NCBI GenBank assembly: GCA_964291285.2
Contig: OZ219788.1
Span: 256,001 to 320,000, forward strand
Reading direction: 5' to 3'
Source of the DNA: Alphaproteobacteria bacterium
GTDB lineage: Bacteria; Pseudomonadota; Alphaproteobacteria; Bin95
DNA length: 64,000 bases
The notes under the pieces were generated by a model, which searched no databases, had not been told where the DNA came from, and saw only the letters and a list, made by a program, of their open reading frames with translations. A program made the position numbers and the translations under genes. Positions 1 to 9,694 of this stretch are shown here, one piece after another (the stretch's first letter is position 1; each line of letters starts with the position of its first letter).

Positions 1-349
1 TCGATCCAGTCGCCTGCGCGACCGCAAGACCCGCCGCATCCAGCGCCAGATACTCGTTTGCCAGCAATCGCAGCCCCGAAAGTTCCTTGCGCCGGATGTT
101 GTCCCGGGCGCTCTTCGCAAACCCGTGCACGAAGAACGCCAGTTCGCCTCGACGGAACAGCACGATCGTGCGGAACCCTCCGGACCGGCCGCCGCCCTTG
201 CGGGCGATGCGCTGCTTGATGACGCCGCCACCGAGGTCGGCGTCGACCAGCCCCTCCCCGGCGCGCCGGACGGCCTCGCACAATGCCGCATCCTCCAGCC
301 CCTCGCGGTCGGCGAAACGAGCGAACGCCCTGGTCTTGAACGTCTGCAA
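1..349 (-). CDS. Type II TA toxin, RelE/ParE-like (DUF1044 type); runs off the window edge
   Basis: Manual translation from TTG at 349: MQTFKTRAFARFADREGLEDAALCEAV...DADLGGGVIKQRIARKGGGRSGGFRTIVLFRRGELAFFVHGFAKS..NI, typical of this family. The antitoxin would lie outside the window. Confidence 0.85.
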   Translation of the reverse strand, partial: MQTFKTRAFARFADREGLEDAALCEAVRRAGEGLVDADLGGGVIKQRIARKGGGRSGGFRTIVLFRRGELAFFVHGFAKSARDNIRRKELSGLRLLANEYLALDAAGLAVAQATGS

Positions 350-580
350 CCCGAGCCTCGCGCACATCCGCCTTCATGCCTCCTTTTATGATGCCGGGTG
401 TGGCTTTTCAACTCGCGCCGCGCTCCTGTCCGCTGCATGGCCGTCCTGCCGGCGTCTCCATCCACGCGTCTTCCACCGGCAGGAGGCGAGGTCTGGCCGT
501 GAGCGGGGCGGCGGTCGGCGGTCCGGAGGGAGAGTAGCGCTGCCGCCGTTCCCATTCACTTGTCGAAGGAGCACGGCACG

Positions 581-907
581 ATGCAGGCGGCAATCGCACC
601 GCGCGGCGACGCGCGCACCTATCTCATCCATTTCGTCGGCGGCGGTCTCGAGGACGACCGTTATGTCGTCGAGCGCTACGTCTCGAAGGCCGACGGCGAG
701 ATCGTTCCCGTCCGGTCCGGCGGCACGGCATGCAAGGGCCGTCGCAAGGCCCGGGGCACGATCGTCACCGCGAAGGCGCTTGAGGAGATGCGTCCGGCCC
801 GGGACGAGATCATCATCGCGACGGGGGTCAGACTGCGGCATTGCGGGGTGCAGCTGTGGGGCTGGCGCAGTCTCGGGATCTTCGCCGACCGCCGCCAGCG
901 CGGCTGA
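581..907 (+). CDS. Hypothetical protein
   Basis: GAAGGAG RBS before ATG 581; GC3-biased codons. Confidence 0.6.
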   Translation: MQAAIAPRGDARTYLIHFVGGGLEDDRYVVERYVSKADGEIVPVRSGGTACKGRRKARGTIVTAKALEEMRPARDEIIIATGVRLRHCGVQLWGWRSLGIFADRRQRG

Positions 908-993
908 CCGCCCGCCTCGCCGGACGTCCGGCCGGCCCGCCGCCGGCCGGGCGTCTCCTGCCCGACCCCGCATCATCCACCGGGAGAATGGCC

Positions 994-2004
994 ATGGCTT
1001 GCCGCAACCCGGAAGTCCGCAAGGCCCGCGACCGCGAGCGTATCGCCCGGCGCACCGCATCGCGTATCGCCCAAGGCCTGTGTCCGCGCTGCGGCAAGGT
1101 CCCGCTCGCGCCGGGGCGCAGCGTCTGCGCCGGGTGCGCCGCGGCCCGCAGCCGCGCCCGCGATGCTCGTCTGCGCGCCGCGGGCACACCGCGAAGAGAC
1201 CCCGAAACCGTCCGGCAGTCCGAGCGCCAGCGCACCCGCAGCAAGAGGGAACAAAGGGCCGCCAAAGGCCTCTGCACCCGCTGCGGCAATGCGCCGGCCG
1301 TGAAGGTCCGCGCGTCGTGCGAGGCATGCCTGGAGAAGCGCCGGGCAGCGGACCGCGCGAAATACGCCGCCGGGAAAGCCGCCGGCCTCAAGTATGGCGG
1401 GGCCGATGCGGAGGCAAAACGCAAGGCCGCCCGCGTCAAGAGCAGGCGCCGCCAGAAGGCAAGGGTCGAGGCCGGCCTCTGCATCCGCTGCGGCAAGCGT
1501 CCCCCCGTCGAGGGCGGAACCACCTGCCAGCCCTGCCGGGACAGGAGGCAGGCGGCGGAACGGCGGCAATATGACGAACGCAGGACCGGAGGCCGCTGCA
1601 CACGCTGCGGGCAGCCGGCCTTCGACGGCCTCTCGCGCTGCGGCCCCTGCGCCGCCATCGAAAAGGCCGGCCGGAAACCGGAGCGCAAGAACGCGCGCTC
1701 CCGGCGGTTGTACGCCCGACGCCGGGCCGCCGGCCTGTGCACGGCCTGCGGGGCGCCGTCACAGGGGGCGGCGCGCTGTGCGCCCTGTGCCGGGAGGTCG
1801 TATCACGGCTCGGCGCATTTCAGGGGCATCCCGGTCCACGAGCCGGTCTGGACCGTGATCGAACTGGAGACCGGCCGCGAGCACGGCCCGTTCGACGATC
1901 CGGCCGATATCGCCCTCTGCCTCGCCTTCGGGAAGCTCGACCGCAACCGTGTCGAGATCGTCGCCGACGCCCCCGTCACCGCCTCCTTCACCGCCTGGAC
2001 CTGA
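994..2004 (+). CDS. Basic protein with five CxxCG-x(8-11)-CxxC zinc-ribbon-like repeats
   Basis: GGAG RBS. Repeats GLCPRCG..CAGC, GLCTRCG..CEAC, GLCIRCG..CQPC, GRCTRCG..CGPC, GLCTACG..CAPC, separated by Arg/Lys-rich helices. Confidence 0.75.
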   Translation: MACRNPEVRKARDRERIARRTASRIAQGLCPRCGKVPLAPGRSVCAGCAAARSRARDARLRAAGTPRRDPETVRQSERQRTRSKREQRAAKGLCTRCGNAPAVKVRASCEACLEKRRAADRAKYAAGKAAGLKYGGADAEAKRKAARVKSRRRQKARVEAGLCIRCGKRPPVEGGTTCQPCRDRRQAAERRQYDERRTGGRCTRCGQPAFDGLSRCGPCAAIEKAGRKPERKNARSRRLYARRRAAGLCTACGAPSQGAARCAPCAGRSYHGSAHFRGIPVHEPVWTVIELETGREHGPFDDPADIALCLAFGKLDRNRVEIVADAPVTASFTAWT

Positions 2005-2197
2005 CATGCTGTCCCGGGCGGCGATGGCGGCGCTCGCCTGGCCGCGATCCGCCGCGCCGTCCCTGTGTCGTGGAGAGGAGTGAAGCGCCTGCCGGGCGAG
2101 TGTCCGGCAGGGCGGAGGAGAGGACTCCCCGCGCCGATGCCGGACCGGTGTCCGGCACAGGTCGCCGGGCAGGGCAACGGCAAAGGAGACCCCGCCC

Positions 2198-2404
2198 ATG
2201 TTTCATCCCGATACATCCCTCGACCTTCCGCTCGGCTGCGACCTGCTCGCCGAACTCGGCGTCGACCGTCGCACCGTCCGCGAGATCGCCGGGGACGAGC
2301 GCGCCATCCGCTGCCCCGACAGGGGCGCGGCCTGTCCGGTGCACGGCTTCGCGAGCCTCTTCCCGGAACCGGCGTCGTCGTTCTCTCCGGGCGGTCAGGG
2401 GTAG
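2198..2404 (+). CDS. Small hypothetical protein
   Basis: AAAGGAG RBS upstream; 68 aa with normal codon usage. Confidence 0.5.
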   Translation: MFHPDTSLDLPLGCDLLAELGVDRRTVREIAGDERAIRCPDRGAACPVHGFASLFPEPASSFSPGGQG

Positions 2405-2508
2405 AGGAGGGCCTGAAGAGATTGAACGGGCGGGGGTTCGGGGGAGTGACCCCGGTCCCGGTCGTTCGCAACCCATCGTCATCAACGCGAACCTGAAGGA
2501 GTATCGCA

Positions 2509-2967
2509 ATGAGCTTCGGACTGAACAAGGCGCAGATCATCGGCCGCCTCGGCGCGGACGTCACCATCAACCACCTGCAGAACGGCGGCCGCGTGGCCAA
2601 TCTGAGCGTTGCCACCGACGAGAGCTACATCGACCGGAACGGCAGCGGCGAGCGGATCGACAGGACCGAGTGGCACCGGGTCGTGACCTTCCAGGACGGG
2701 CTGATCGACATGCTCGCCAGGCACGCCACGAAGGGCCGGCTGGTCTACATCGACGGCAAGCTCCAGACCCGGCGCTGGTCGAAGCCGGGCGAGGACGGCG
2801 ACCGTTTCTCCACCGAAATCCTGCTCGTGCCCGGCGGGCGCGTCCAGTTCCTCGACAAGGCGAACGGCAATGCCGGGCGGATGCAGCCCGGTCCGGACAC
2901 GACGAGCGACGCCGGCCCCGTGCCGGCCGGCGGCGACCCGATGGACGGGGACCAGATCCCGTTCTGA
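2509..2967 (+). CDS. ssb: Single-stranded DNA-binding protein
   Basis: LNKAQIIGRLGAD, VANLSVAT, TEWHRVV, KGRLVYIDGKLQTRRW, acidic C-terminal DQIPF; AAGGAG RBS. Confidence 0.97.
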   Translation: MSFGLNKAQIIGRLGADVTINHLQNGGRVANLSVATDESYIDRNGSGERIDRTEWHRVVTFQDGLIDMLARHATKGRLVYIDGKLQTRRWSKPGEDGDRFSTEILLVPGGRVQFLDKANGNAGRMQPGPDTTSDAGPVPAGGDPMDGDQIPF

Positions 2968-2984
2968 TACCGTATTTCGCTCCC

Positions 2985-3020
2985 AAAGAGGGTCGGCGCC
3001 TCGCGCGCCGGCCCTTTTCT
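2985..3020 (+). terminator. Probable intrinsic terminator after ssb
   Basis: GAGGGTCGGCGC/GCGCCGGCCCTT hairpin followed by TTTTCT. Confidence 0.55.
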
Positions 3021-3146
3021 CATGCGGGCAGGTTCGAGTCTCGCCGCGGCGCATACGGGAGTGGGAGCGAGGCTGGAAAGCGGGTGAACCGTGCGAGGAG
3101 GAGAGGAAGTCCGCTCGCGCACCCGTCACGCTACCCGGAGAACCCG

Positions 3147-3374
3147 ATGAGCACCATCTCCTTCCGCCGCATCGCCCCCGACGAATCCCGCATCTACCGG
3201 GACGGCGACCATGTCGGCGACATCCACGCCTTCGACGACAGCATCCGGCCGGGGCGCAGGGTGTTCGCCATACATCTCGACGAGGACCCGCGCGGGCCGG
3301 TCTATCTCCACGACCGCGCCCGCATCCGCGAGACCGCCCGGCAGCGGGTCGACTCCCATCCCCTGTGGAACTGA
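3147..3374 (+). CDS. Small hypothetical protein (MSTISFRRIAPDESRIY...)
   Basis: GGAG RBS and ATG 3147; protein-like 3' end of the long ORF 1737..3374. Confidence 0.6.
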   Translation: MSTISFRRIAPDESRIYRDGDHVGDIHAFDDSIRPGRRVFAIHLDEDPRGPVYLHDRARIRETARQRVDSHPLWN

Positions 3375-3542
3375 CGCAAAGGCGGCAGGGCCGGAAATCC
3401 TTTCCGGCGCCGTGCCGGCCGAACCGCCGATGGGGTCCGTGCAGGGCCAGAGAAATACGCCACCCCGCTGTGCTGTCCCATTGTGCCACACGTGCTCTCT
3501 CCAGCAACCCCTTCGGGGTCCTCCGGTCGCTGCGCTCCCTGC

Positions 3543-3699
3543 GGCCTGGGCAAGAAGCTCCAGGGGCGGACCGTGAAAGCCGGCGACCGTGAAGATCGCG
3601 TGTCAGAGGCCGAGCACGCCTGGCATCGGCGGTGCGAACGCGATCTTCCGCACCACTCGCCGACTTTCCGCACCACTCCGCCCCAAGAGCTTCCAGGCC
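3543..3699. promoter_or_regulatory. Long imperfect hairpin (candidate ssDNA promoter or structured RNA)
   Basis: Five nested complementary blocks: GGCCTGG/CCAGGCC, GAAGCTC/GAGCTTC, GGGGCGGA/TCCGCCCC, GAAAGCCGGCGA/TCGCCGACTTTC, GAAGATCGCG/CGCGATCTTC. Confidence 0.55.
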
Positions 3700-3783
3700 C
3701 AGGTGCTTCCGTTGCGCGCGCGTGACCCAACAGGACATCACAGCGGGGATCGGCCCCGAACGTGAAACCGAAAGGAAAACGAC

Positions 3784-4710
3784 ATGACCTTCGATACCGA
3801 CACCGTCGAGACCGCCGGACAGTCCGCAACCGCGACCGTCTGCGAACACGCCGCCCTCTACGGCGCCACCCCCGAGCGCGACGAACTCGACCCCCGCGAG
3901 GTCTGGGACGAGGACGATGCGCTGACCGCAATCGGCGAGGCCTTCCGCATCCTCGTCGAAGGCGCCTGCCCCGACGGCACCCAGCTCGCCGACGAACGCG
4001 AGAGCCTGCTGTGGGGCTTCGTCAACATGCTCCACGCCCAGAGCCGCCGCCTCGACCGCAGCGTCGACCGGCTCAGCCCGGACCTGCGCGACCTCCAGCG
4101 CACCCAGGACGGCACCGAGATCAAGTCCCGCGACCTGGAGCTCGTCACCGACCGCGCGCAGAACCTCGGAGACCGGCGCGACGCCTTCGAGAAGATGCGC
4201 AACACCGCCGCGCACGCCTACCGCGAAGAGACCGGCGACATGTGGCGGCCCCGGCACGGCAGCCACGCCAGCCAGACCGGCACGCTCACCAGCGCCGCCA
4301 TCGACGCCCGCGACTTCGTCCGTGCCCGCAAGGACCGCGCGACCATGGCGCACCTGCCGCAGGGCACCCTCGTCGCCATCGCCGGCGGCAAGGACGTCGC
4401 CGACCCGGCCGCGGTGATCGCCAGGCTCGACCAGGCCCGCGCCAGGTATGCCGACCTCGTCCTCGTGCATGGCGGCGGCCCCGGCGTCGAGAAGATCGCG
4501 GCGCGCTGGGCAGAGCGCAACGGCGTCCACCAGGTCGTCTGCAAGCCCGACTGGGACCGCCACGGTCGCGCCGCACCCTTCCGCCGCAACGACGAACTGC
4601 TCAACCTCCTGCCCAAGGGCGTCATCGCCTTCCCCGGCTCCGGCATCACCGACAACCTCGTCGACAAGGCCCGCAGCCTCGGCATCCCGGTCATGCGCTG
4701 CCCCGCCTGA
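3784..4710 (+). CDS. DUF2493 / YspA-like SLOG-domain protein of conjugative elements
   Basis: VAIAGGKD, LVLVHGGGPGVEKIAARWA, PDWDRHGRAAPFRRNDELL, GVIAFPGSGITDNLVDKARSLGIPV. Confidence 0.9.
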   Translation: MTFDTDTVETAGQSATATVCEHAALYGATPERDELDPREVWDEDDALTAIGEAFRILVEGACPDGTQLADERESLLWGFVNMLHAQSRRLDRSVDRLSPDLRDLQRTQDGTEIKSRDLELVTDRAQNLGDRRDAFEKMRNTAAHAYREETGDMWRPRHGSHASQTGTLTSAAIDARDFVRARKDRATMAHLPQGTLVAIAGGKDVADPAAVIARLDQARARYADLVLVHGGGPGVEKIAARWAERNGVHQVVCKPDWDRHGRAAPFRRNDELLNLLPKGVIAFPGSGITDNLVDKARSLGIPVMRCPA

Positions 4711-5930
4711 CACGCAGCACCCACGGGCCGCGTCGTCTCCGCTCCGGCGGCGGCGCGGTCCGTTTCCGTATGCGCACACCCGTCGCGCTGCGCCGCCGAC
4801 ACCTCGCGCGCGCTTCGCGCCGCGTTCGTGCGGAGCCTGCGCCGGACTGCGGTCCGGGGCTGCCGCGTCACGCGCCGCTGCACCATGCTTCGCATGGGTG
4901 CATCGCGGGCTGCGCCGAGCCCGGCTCAGGGCCGCCGGCACTGCTGACCCGCCCACTGCCGGCGCTGCTGCCGGACCGGCACGACACCGTGCTTCGCACC
5001 GCTGCCCGCAGTCCTGCAGGCGCCGCCGTCGGCGCCTCCGATCCCAACGGCTATCGCAACCGTCACCGCACCCGCGCGGCTGACGCCGCGGTAACGGGTG
5101 CGCCATCCCCGGCTGCGTCTGCGGCAATGTGTGAGCAGCACGCGATCACCCTGAACAGCCCCGCTTTCGTCGAGCACGCTTGCATCGCGGTAACATGTGC
5201 GCGGCGTCCTTCGGCTCCGCGGAACATGTGCGGCGGCGCCCGTGTCGCCGAGGTAACGCCGTCGGCTCCGGTGCGCCATGTGTGAAGACTGCCCTCCGCC
5301 GTTTGCACGCCGCGCCGCGTTCTGTTACCTCTGCGACCGGACGACAACGCGGAACGCGCCCGAAGATTGCGGACCGGTCGTCTCGCTCAATCGCCGCGAC
5401 GGCTCCCGTCCCTTGTGACGCCGGCGTTTCAGGCGATGGTGGTGTGCAGGGCAACCTCGCCCGATCTCGACTCCGTTCGGAGTTTTACCGTCACACCCGA
5501 CGCATCCTTGATGCAGGCGTTGCCATGGCTGCCCGTGTCCGCTGCTGGCTGCCCATGCCGCGGGCGGGCGCAGGACTGTCCGCTCCTGTCACGCCGGGAA
5601 AGGTCGCACCGGATTGGTAGCTCCCGTGTTTGCCGCAAACACATGCGCGATATCAGGAGGTTGGGCGCCGCCCCGCCGCACTCCGTCAGACATGGCGGCG
5701 CCTTCCGCCCCCGCTGGATATGGACTTGCTCCTGCGAAACTACCAGTCTGATATCGGCCTCGCATACGCTGCACCATGACAGCTACCGGTCCGGTAGCTG
5801 TCCGGAGGCCGCGTTCGCCCGCGACTTCGCCCCGCCACGCCGAACGACCGGGGGCAGCGCGGACCCGGGGATCTGAAAGAACCGGAACCGGAACTCTCGC
5901 GAATCCACACGCAAGAACGAGTGAAACCGC

Positions 5931-6281
5931 ATGGCATCGTCACTTCAGAAGAACATCCGGGTCACCGCAGACCAGTGGAAGCGTATCGAAACGGCGGCAA
6001 GGGAGCGGCAGGTTTCGCCCAATCGGCTCGTCGTCGACCTCGCCATCGAGGCCCTCGACCGGCGCGAATGGCCCGGTACCGAGACCGAAATCAAGATGGC
6101 CCGGGCCTCGCTGTTCGCCGCCCAGGCCATCGCCCGGAACCTCATCGCCAACGGACTCCAGGCCGAAGTAGAGGAAATCCGGGAGTTCATCTCGACGATC
6201 GTGCCGGACCCCGATGCGGAGCGGCCTGCCGAGGACATTCTCACCGCTCCGTCCACGCTCGCGCACCATGACACCGGGTGA
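5931..6281 (+). CDS. Ribbon-helix-helix-like DNA-binding protein
   Basis: N-terminal KNIRVTADQWKRIETAARERQVSPNRLVVDLAIEAL fits a beta-alpha-alpha pattern. Confidence 0.65.
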   Translation: MASSLQKNIRVTADQWKRIETAARERQVSPNRLVVDLAIEALDRREWPGTETEIKMARASLFAAQAIARNLIANGLQAEVEEIREFISTIVPDPDAERPAEDILTAPSTLAHHDTG

Positions 6282-6482
6282 TGAGACCGCCCCGCCAGGC
6301 CAAGGACGCTGCCCCTAGAAGCGCGAGCCGGAACGCCGGCACGAAGGCACCCACCTCCCGCAAGCCGTCGTGCCGCTCCCGCTGCTCGTCTTCCGTCAGC
6401 GCACTCGAGCTCCATACCGGGCGTCACTTGGCCCGTGCCATAACGGTGCCGCTTGCCCAAGCCTTGAAATCAGCCCAGCTAC

Positions 6483-7621
6483 CAGGGCAATCGCTTTTGG
6501 GCCTGTCATGCTGCGGCCCGGATCAAGTTGAGGAGGAAGTCGTCGTTCCAGGCGGCGCGCTTGAGTTTTCCGCGCATGGCGTCTTTTGTGGGTTCGCGGC
6601 GTGCGATGTTGAGGGCGAGGCGTCGGATCAGGGCGAGGTTTTCGGGTCCGTGGTCCTTGCGGTTTCGCTGTCGGTCCTCGTTCATGGTCACGTCGAGCAC
6701 CCGGTGCAGGCAGTTTTCGATGGTCCAATGGGCGCGCGCGGCGTGCTGGAAGCGCTCGGGCGCGAGCGGCGCGCTCATGATGTAGTAGCGGGTTTCGGTT
6801 TTGGTGCTCCTTGCGGTTTCGCGCCTGGCCTGGATCTTGCCGATGGCGGCCAGCCCCGGCCAGTCATGGCGCTCGCGCAGCCATGCAATCTCGTGGCAGA
6901 CCGAGGCGCGGCGCGTCTCGATGCGCCCGTGATCGCCATCGACATGCTGACATGATTGGAGTTTGTCCGCCTGGGCGGGATCGTCCAGATACAGGCGCAC
7001 ATCCTCATACAGGCTGCCCTGATTGCCCTTGAGCGCCAGCACATGGTCCCCGCCCCTGGCGGTAACGGCCTCGGCCGTCGCCCGCTGGGTGTGCATGGCG
7101 TCCGCCGTCACGATCCGGCCCTTGAGCGCCAGCATCTCCAGCAGCTTCGGCATCGCCGCAATCTCGTTGGACTTGTCATCGACCTTCACCTGGCCGAGCA
7201 TCAGGCGGGTCCCGGCGGCGAAGGCCTGCACCAGATGCACCGGCGAGCGCGCCGCGGCATCGGCGAAGGAACGCCGCAGCGACTTGCCGTCAATCGCGAT
7301 CACATCGCCGTCCAGAACCGCCGCCCAGTCCTCCAGAAGCCGCAGCAGCACTTTCTGCAGGCTGTCGGGATCGAGGGCGTTGAACAGGTCCGAAAACGCA
7401 TCGTGGCTCGGGATGCCGTGCTTCAACTCCATGAAACGGCGCAGAAACCCTTCCTTCGCCCGACCGAAACGCTCCATGTCCGCGCATCCCTCCCCGCCGC
7501 ACAAGGTCGAGAGCAGCGCGATCATAAGCATCTCGTGCAGAGAGTGGCGCGTCGCATTGCTGCGACGCGGATCCGTAACTCCTTCGAATACTGACGAAAA
7601 CTCCTCCATCTCACACCCCAA
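6483..7621 (-). mobile_element. ISAs1-family IS; transposase 6506..7609/7621; the upstream end is not found next to the gene
   Basis: DPRR..ATRHSLHEML, GIPSHD, IAIDGKSLR, KSNEI, VTADAMHTQ, LKGNQ, HGRIETR, HWTIEN. CAGGGCAATCGC end at 6483. Confidence 0.93.
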
Positions 7622-8304
7622 CTCAACAGAAACGGAAACGGGAGTGTAGCAAAAGCAAAAAAGGATTTTGCAGCTGCTACACCTGACATGAAGTTCGATG
7701 GATTCCCGTTTCTATGATGTGGATACAGTGGGTTATGATGCCTGTCAAGCATATGGTCTTGAGATGAAAAGGCATATAACCATACTGGCAGGTGAGGAAA
7801 AATGGTGCATATGGGTGCAGCAGGAGATTGAACCCGGTATGCGGGAATGATCCGGACAGGGTGAGGAACCATGATGATTGCACAGCAAGGCACATGGGAA
7901 GAATTATATGGATAATTGATTGGAACGGGGTTACGGTCCAACGCGATTCTATGGGTATGCGGGTGAAACATGCCTTTCTGGTATTATATAAGAGTAGATT
8001 CTATGGATAGGAGCAGCGCGCGGGACCGTTCCGGAGGCCGGCATATGGCGGCGAGGTTCCGGAGACGGAAAAGGAATGCGTTGCGGCGTGACGCCGGGCG
8101 ATGCAGGCCGGCCGTTCCTGCGGGAGACAACCGGAACCGGACGGCTGCGGGTCGCCGGTCTTTCGGTGCGCCCGGTGCAAGCGATACGCGCCTGGCAGGC
8201 ATGGACGCTTCCGACGGGCGGCGGGTCCGGAGCGGACGGGAGGCGGGCTCTCGGCTGAAGTCGATACCGGCAGCCGCAGCCGCTTTCTGCCGGAAGGAAA
8301 CGGC

Positions 8305-8637
8305 ATGAAGCTGGCGAAACAACGTTGCTTCTACTGTTCCCCGGAAGTGTGGGAACGGATCCGCAGGCGTGCAGGGAAGGCGAAGCTGAAGGTCTCGCGC
8401 TTCATATGGCTCTGCTGCCGGCAGGCTGGCGAGGGAGACGGCGGCGCCCGACCGGACGCCGCCGGGCATCCCGTTGTGCTGACGCAGGAGGAACAGCGCC
8501 GCCTTCACGAGAACGCCCGCAGGCTGTGCGGCGCCGGTCGTCTTTCGGTTCGGGCTCCTGGAGGCGAAGAGGCGAGTGTCACGTTCGGCGAAGCGGTGCG
8601 TTTCCTGCGCCTTGCCGAACGGGAGGACGGGGCATGA
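8305..8637 (+). CDS. RHH/MobC-like protein (cassette 1, gene A)
   Basis: GGAAGGA RBS; FYCSPEVWERIRRRAGKAKLKVSRFI and VVLTQEEQRRL; paralog of 50048..50377. Confidence 0.7.
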   Translation: MKLAKQRCFYCSPEVWERIRRRAGKAKLKVSRFIWLCCRQAGEGDGGARPDAAGHPVVLTQEEQRRLHENARRLCGAGRLSVRAPGGEEASVTFGEAVRFLRLAEREDGA

Positions 8638-9158
8638 GGAAGCCGCGCGCCGCCAGGCCGGATACGAACGCCATGAACCGCACGGTCTCGCTGACCGACG
8701 GGGAGTGGGGTTCGATCGGGCAATGGTCGGCCGCCCGCGGCAAGTCGAGGGCGCAATGGATGCGCGAATGCGCGCTGGCGGTGGACCTGCCGGCGAAGAG
8801 GGCCGTGGCCCGGCCTCTGGTGCTGGACGCCGGGGAACAGCGCTGCATTTCCTGCACGGTCGGGGATTTGGCGGGCCGGCTGTCTTCTTCGGGAAACGAA
8901 GCGGGCGGGCCCCCCGGAGACGACCTGCGGGCATTGCTGGCGGCGCGGCTGCGGACCATGGCCGGGGACGGCCGGCGCGAGGCCGCGGTCGAACTGCTTC
9001 GCCATGTGTTCGGCGAGGAACGGGCAGCCGTGATCGCGGCGGCATTCATCCCGGAGCCGCAGCCGATGGACCGAACGGATGACGGGTCATCGGAAACCCG
9101 CCCGGACGATCATTCCGGGCGGAAACCGGCACCCCAGAAAAACCTGTTCGATGACTGA
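8634..9158 (+). CDS. RHH/MobC-like protein (cassette 1, gene B)
   Basis: ATGA overlap; TVSLTDGEW..., LVLDAGEQR, LLRHVFGEERA; paralog of 50374..50823. Confidence 0.7.
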   Translation: MRKPRAARPDTNAMNRTVSLTDGEWGSIGQWSAARGKSRAQWMRECALAVDLPAKRAVARPLVLDAGEQRCISCTVGDLAGRLSSSGNEAGGPPGDDLRALLAARLRTMAGDGRREAAVELLRHVFGEERAAVIAAAFIPEPQPMDRTDDGSSETRPDDHSGRKPAPQKNLFDD

Positions 9159-9428
9159 ATGCCGGCGCGATTCCGCGCCGAACGGACGGATCGCCGCGAC
9201 GACTTCCGCGCTCTCCCGAGGGATGACCGCCCGACACCCCGGACCCTCGCCGTTGCGCGGACCGCGTTCCACTGCGCGAACAGCTCACGGCAGCGTCGGA
9301 TGACTTTCGGACGGGCGACGGGCGGCGCATGCCCGCCGTCTACCCCCGATCAGCGAGCGACCAATCCGCCGATTGAATGCCAAGCGATGAACCGTCCCGA
9401 AAGCGGGCAAATACCCTTGCCGTCGTCA

Positions 9429-9598
9429 TGACGAGCGGCTATCGTCTCATTGCGAGGCTGGCGGGGGCGGACAGGCTGGTGCTGATCCACCACGACCCGC
9501 GCCGCGACGACGAGGCGATGGACCGGCTTGTTGCGGAAGCGGCCGAATACCGGCCCGGCACGCAGGCCGCGCGGGAAGGCATGGTGCTGAGCTTGTAA
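9429..9598 (+). pseudogene. C-terminal fragment of an MBL-fold (RNase Z-like) hydrolase
   Basis: AGADRLVLIHHDPRRDD...AAREGMVLSL; N-terminal HxHxDH region is absent. Confidence 0.7.
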
Positions 9599-9694
9599 GG
9601 CGATGGTGAGACGAGCCTTCAGCCATGCATTGATGGAGAGCGGTGGCCGGTCTGGACGAAGTAAAGTTGCAGATTACTACAGAGCGTTGTGTAG

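Noticed and set aside
87-5620. Long Arg/Pro/Ala-rich ORFs (87..1574, 1737..3374 full length, 2482..5127, 3762..5285)
   Set aside because: Shadow frames of GC-rich DNA overlapping better-supported genes.
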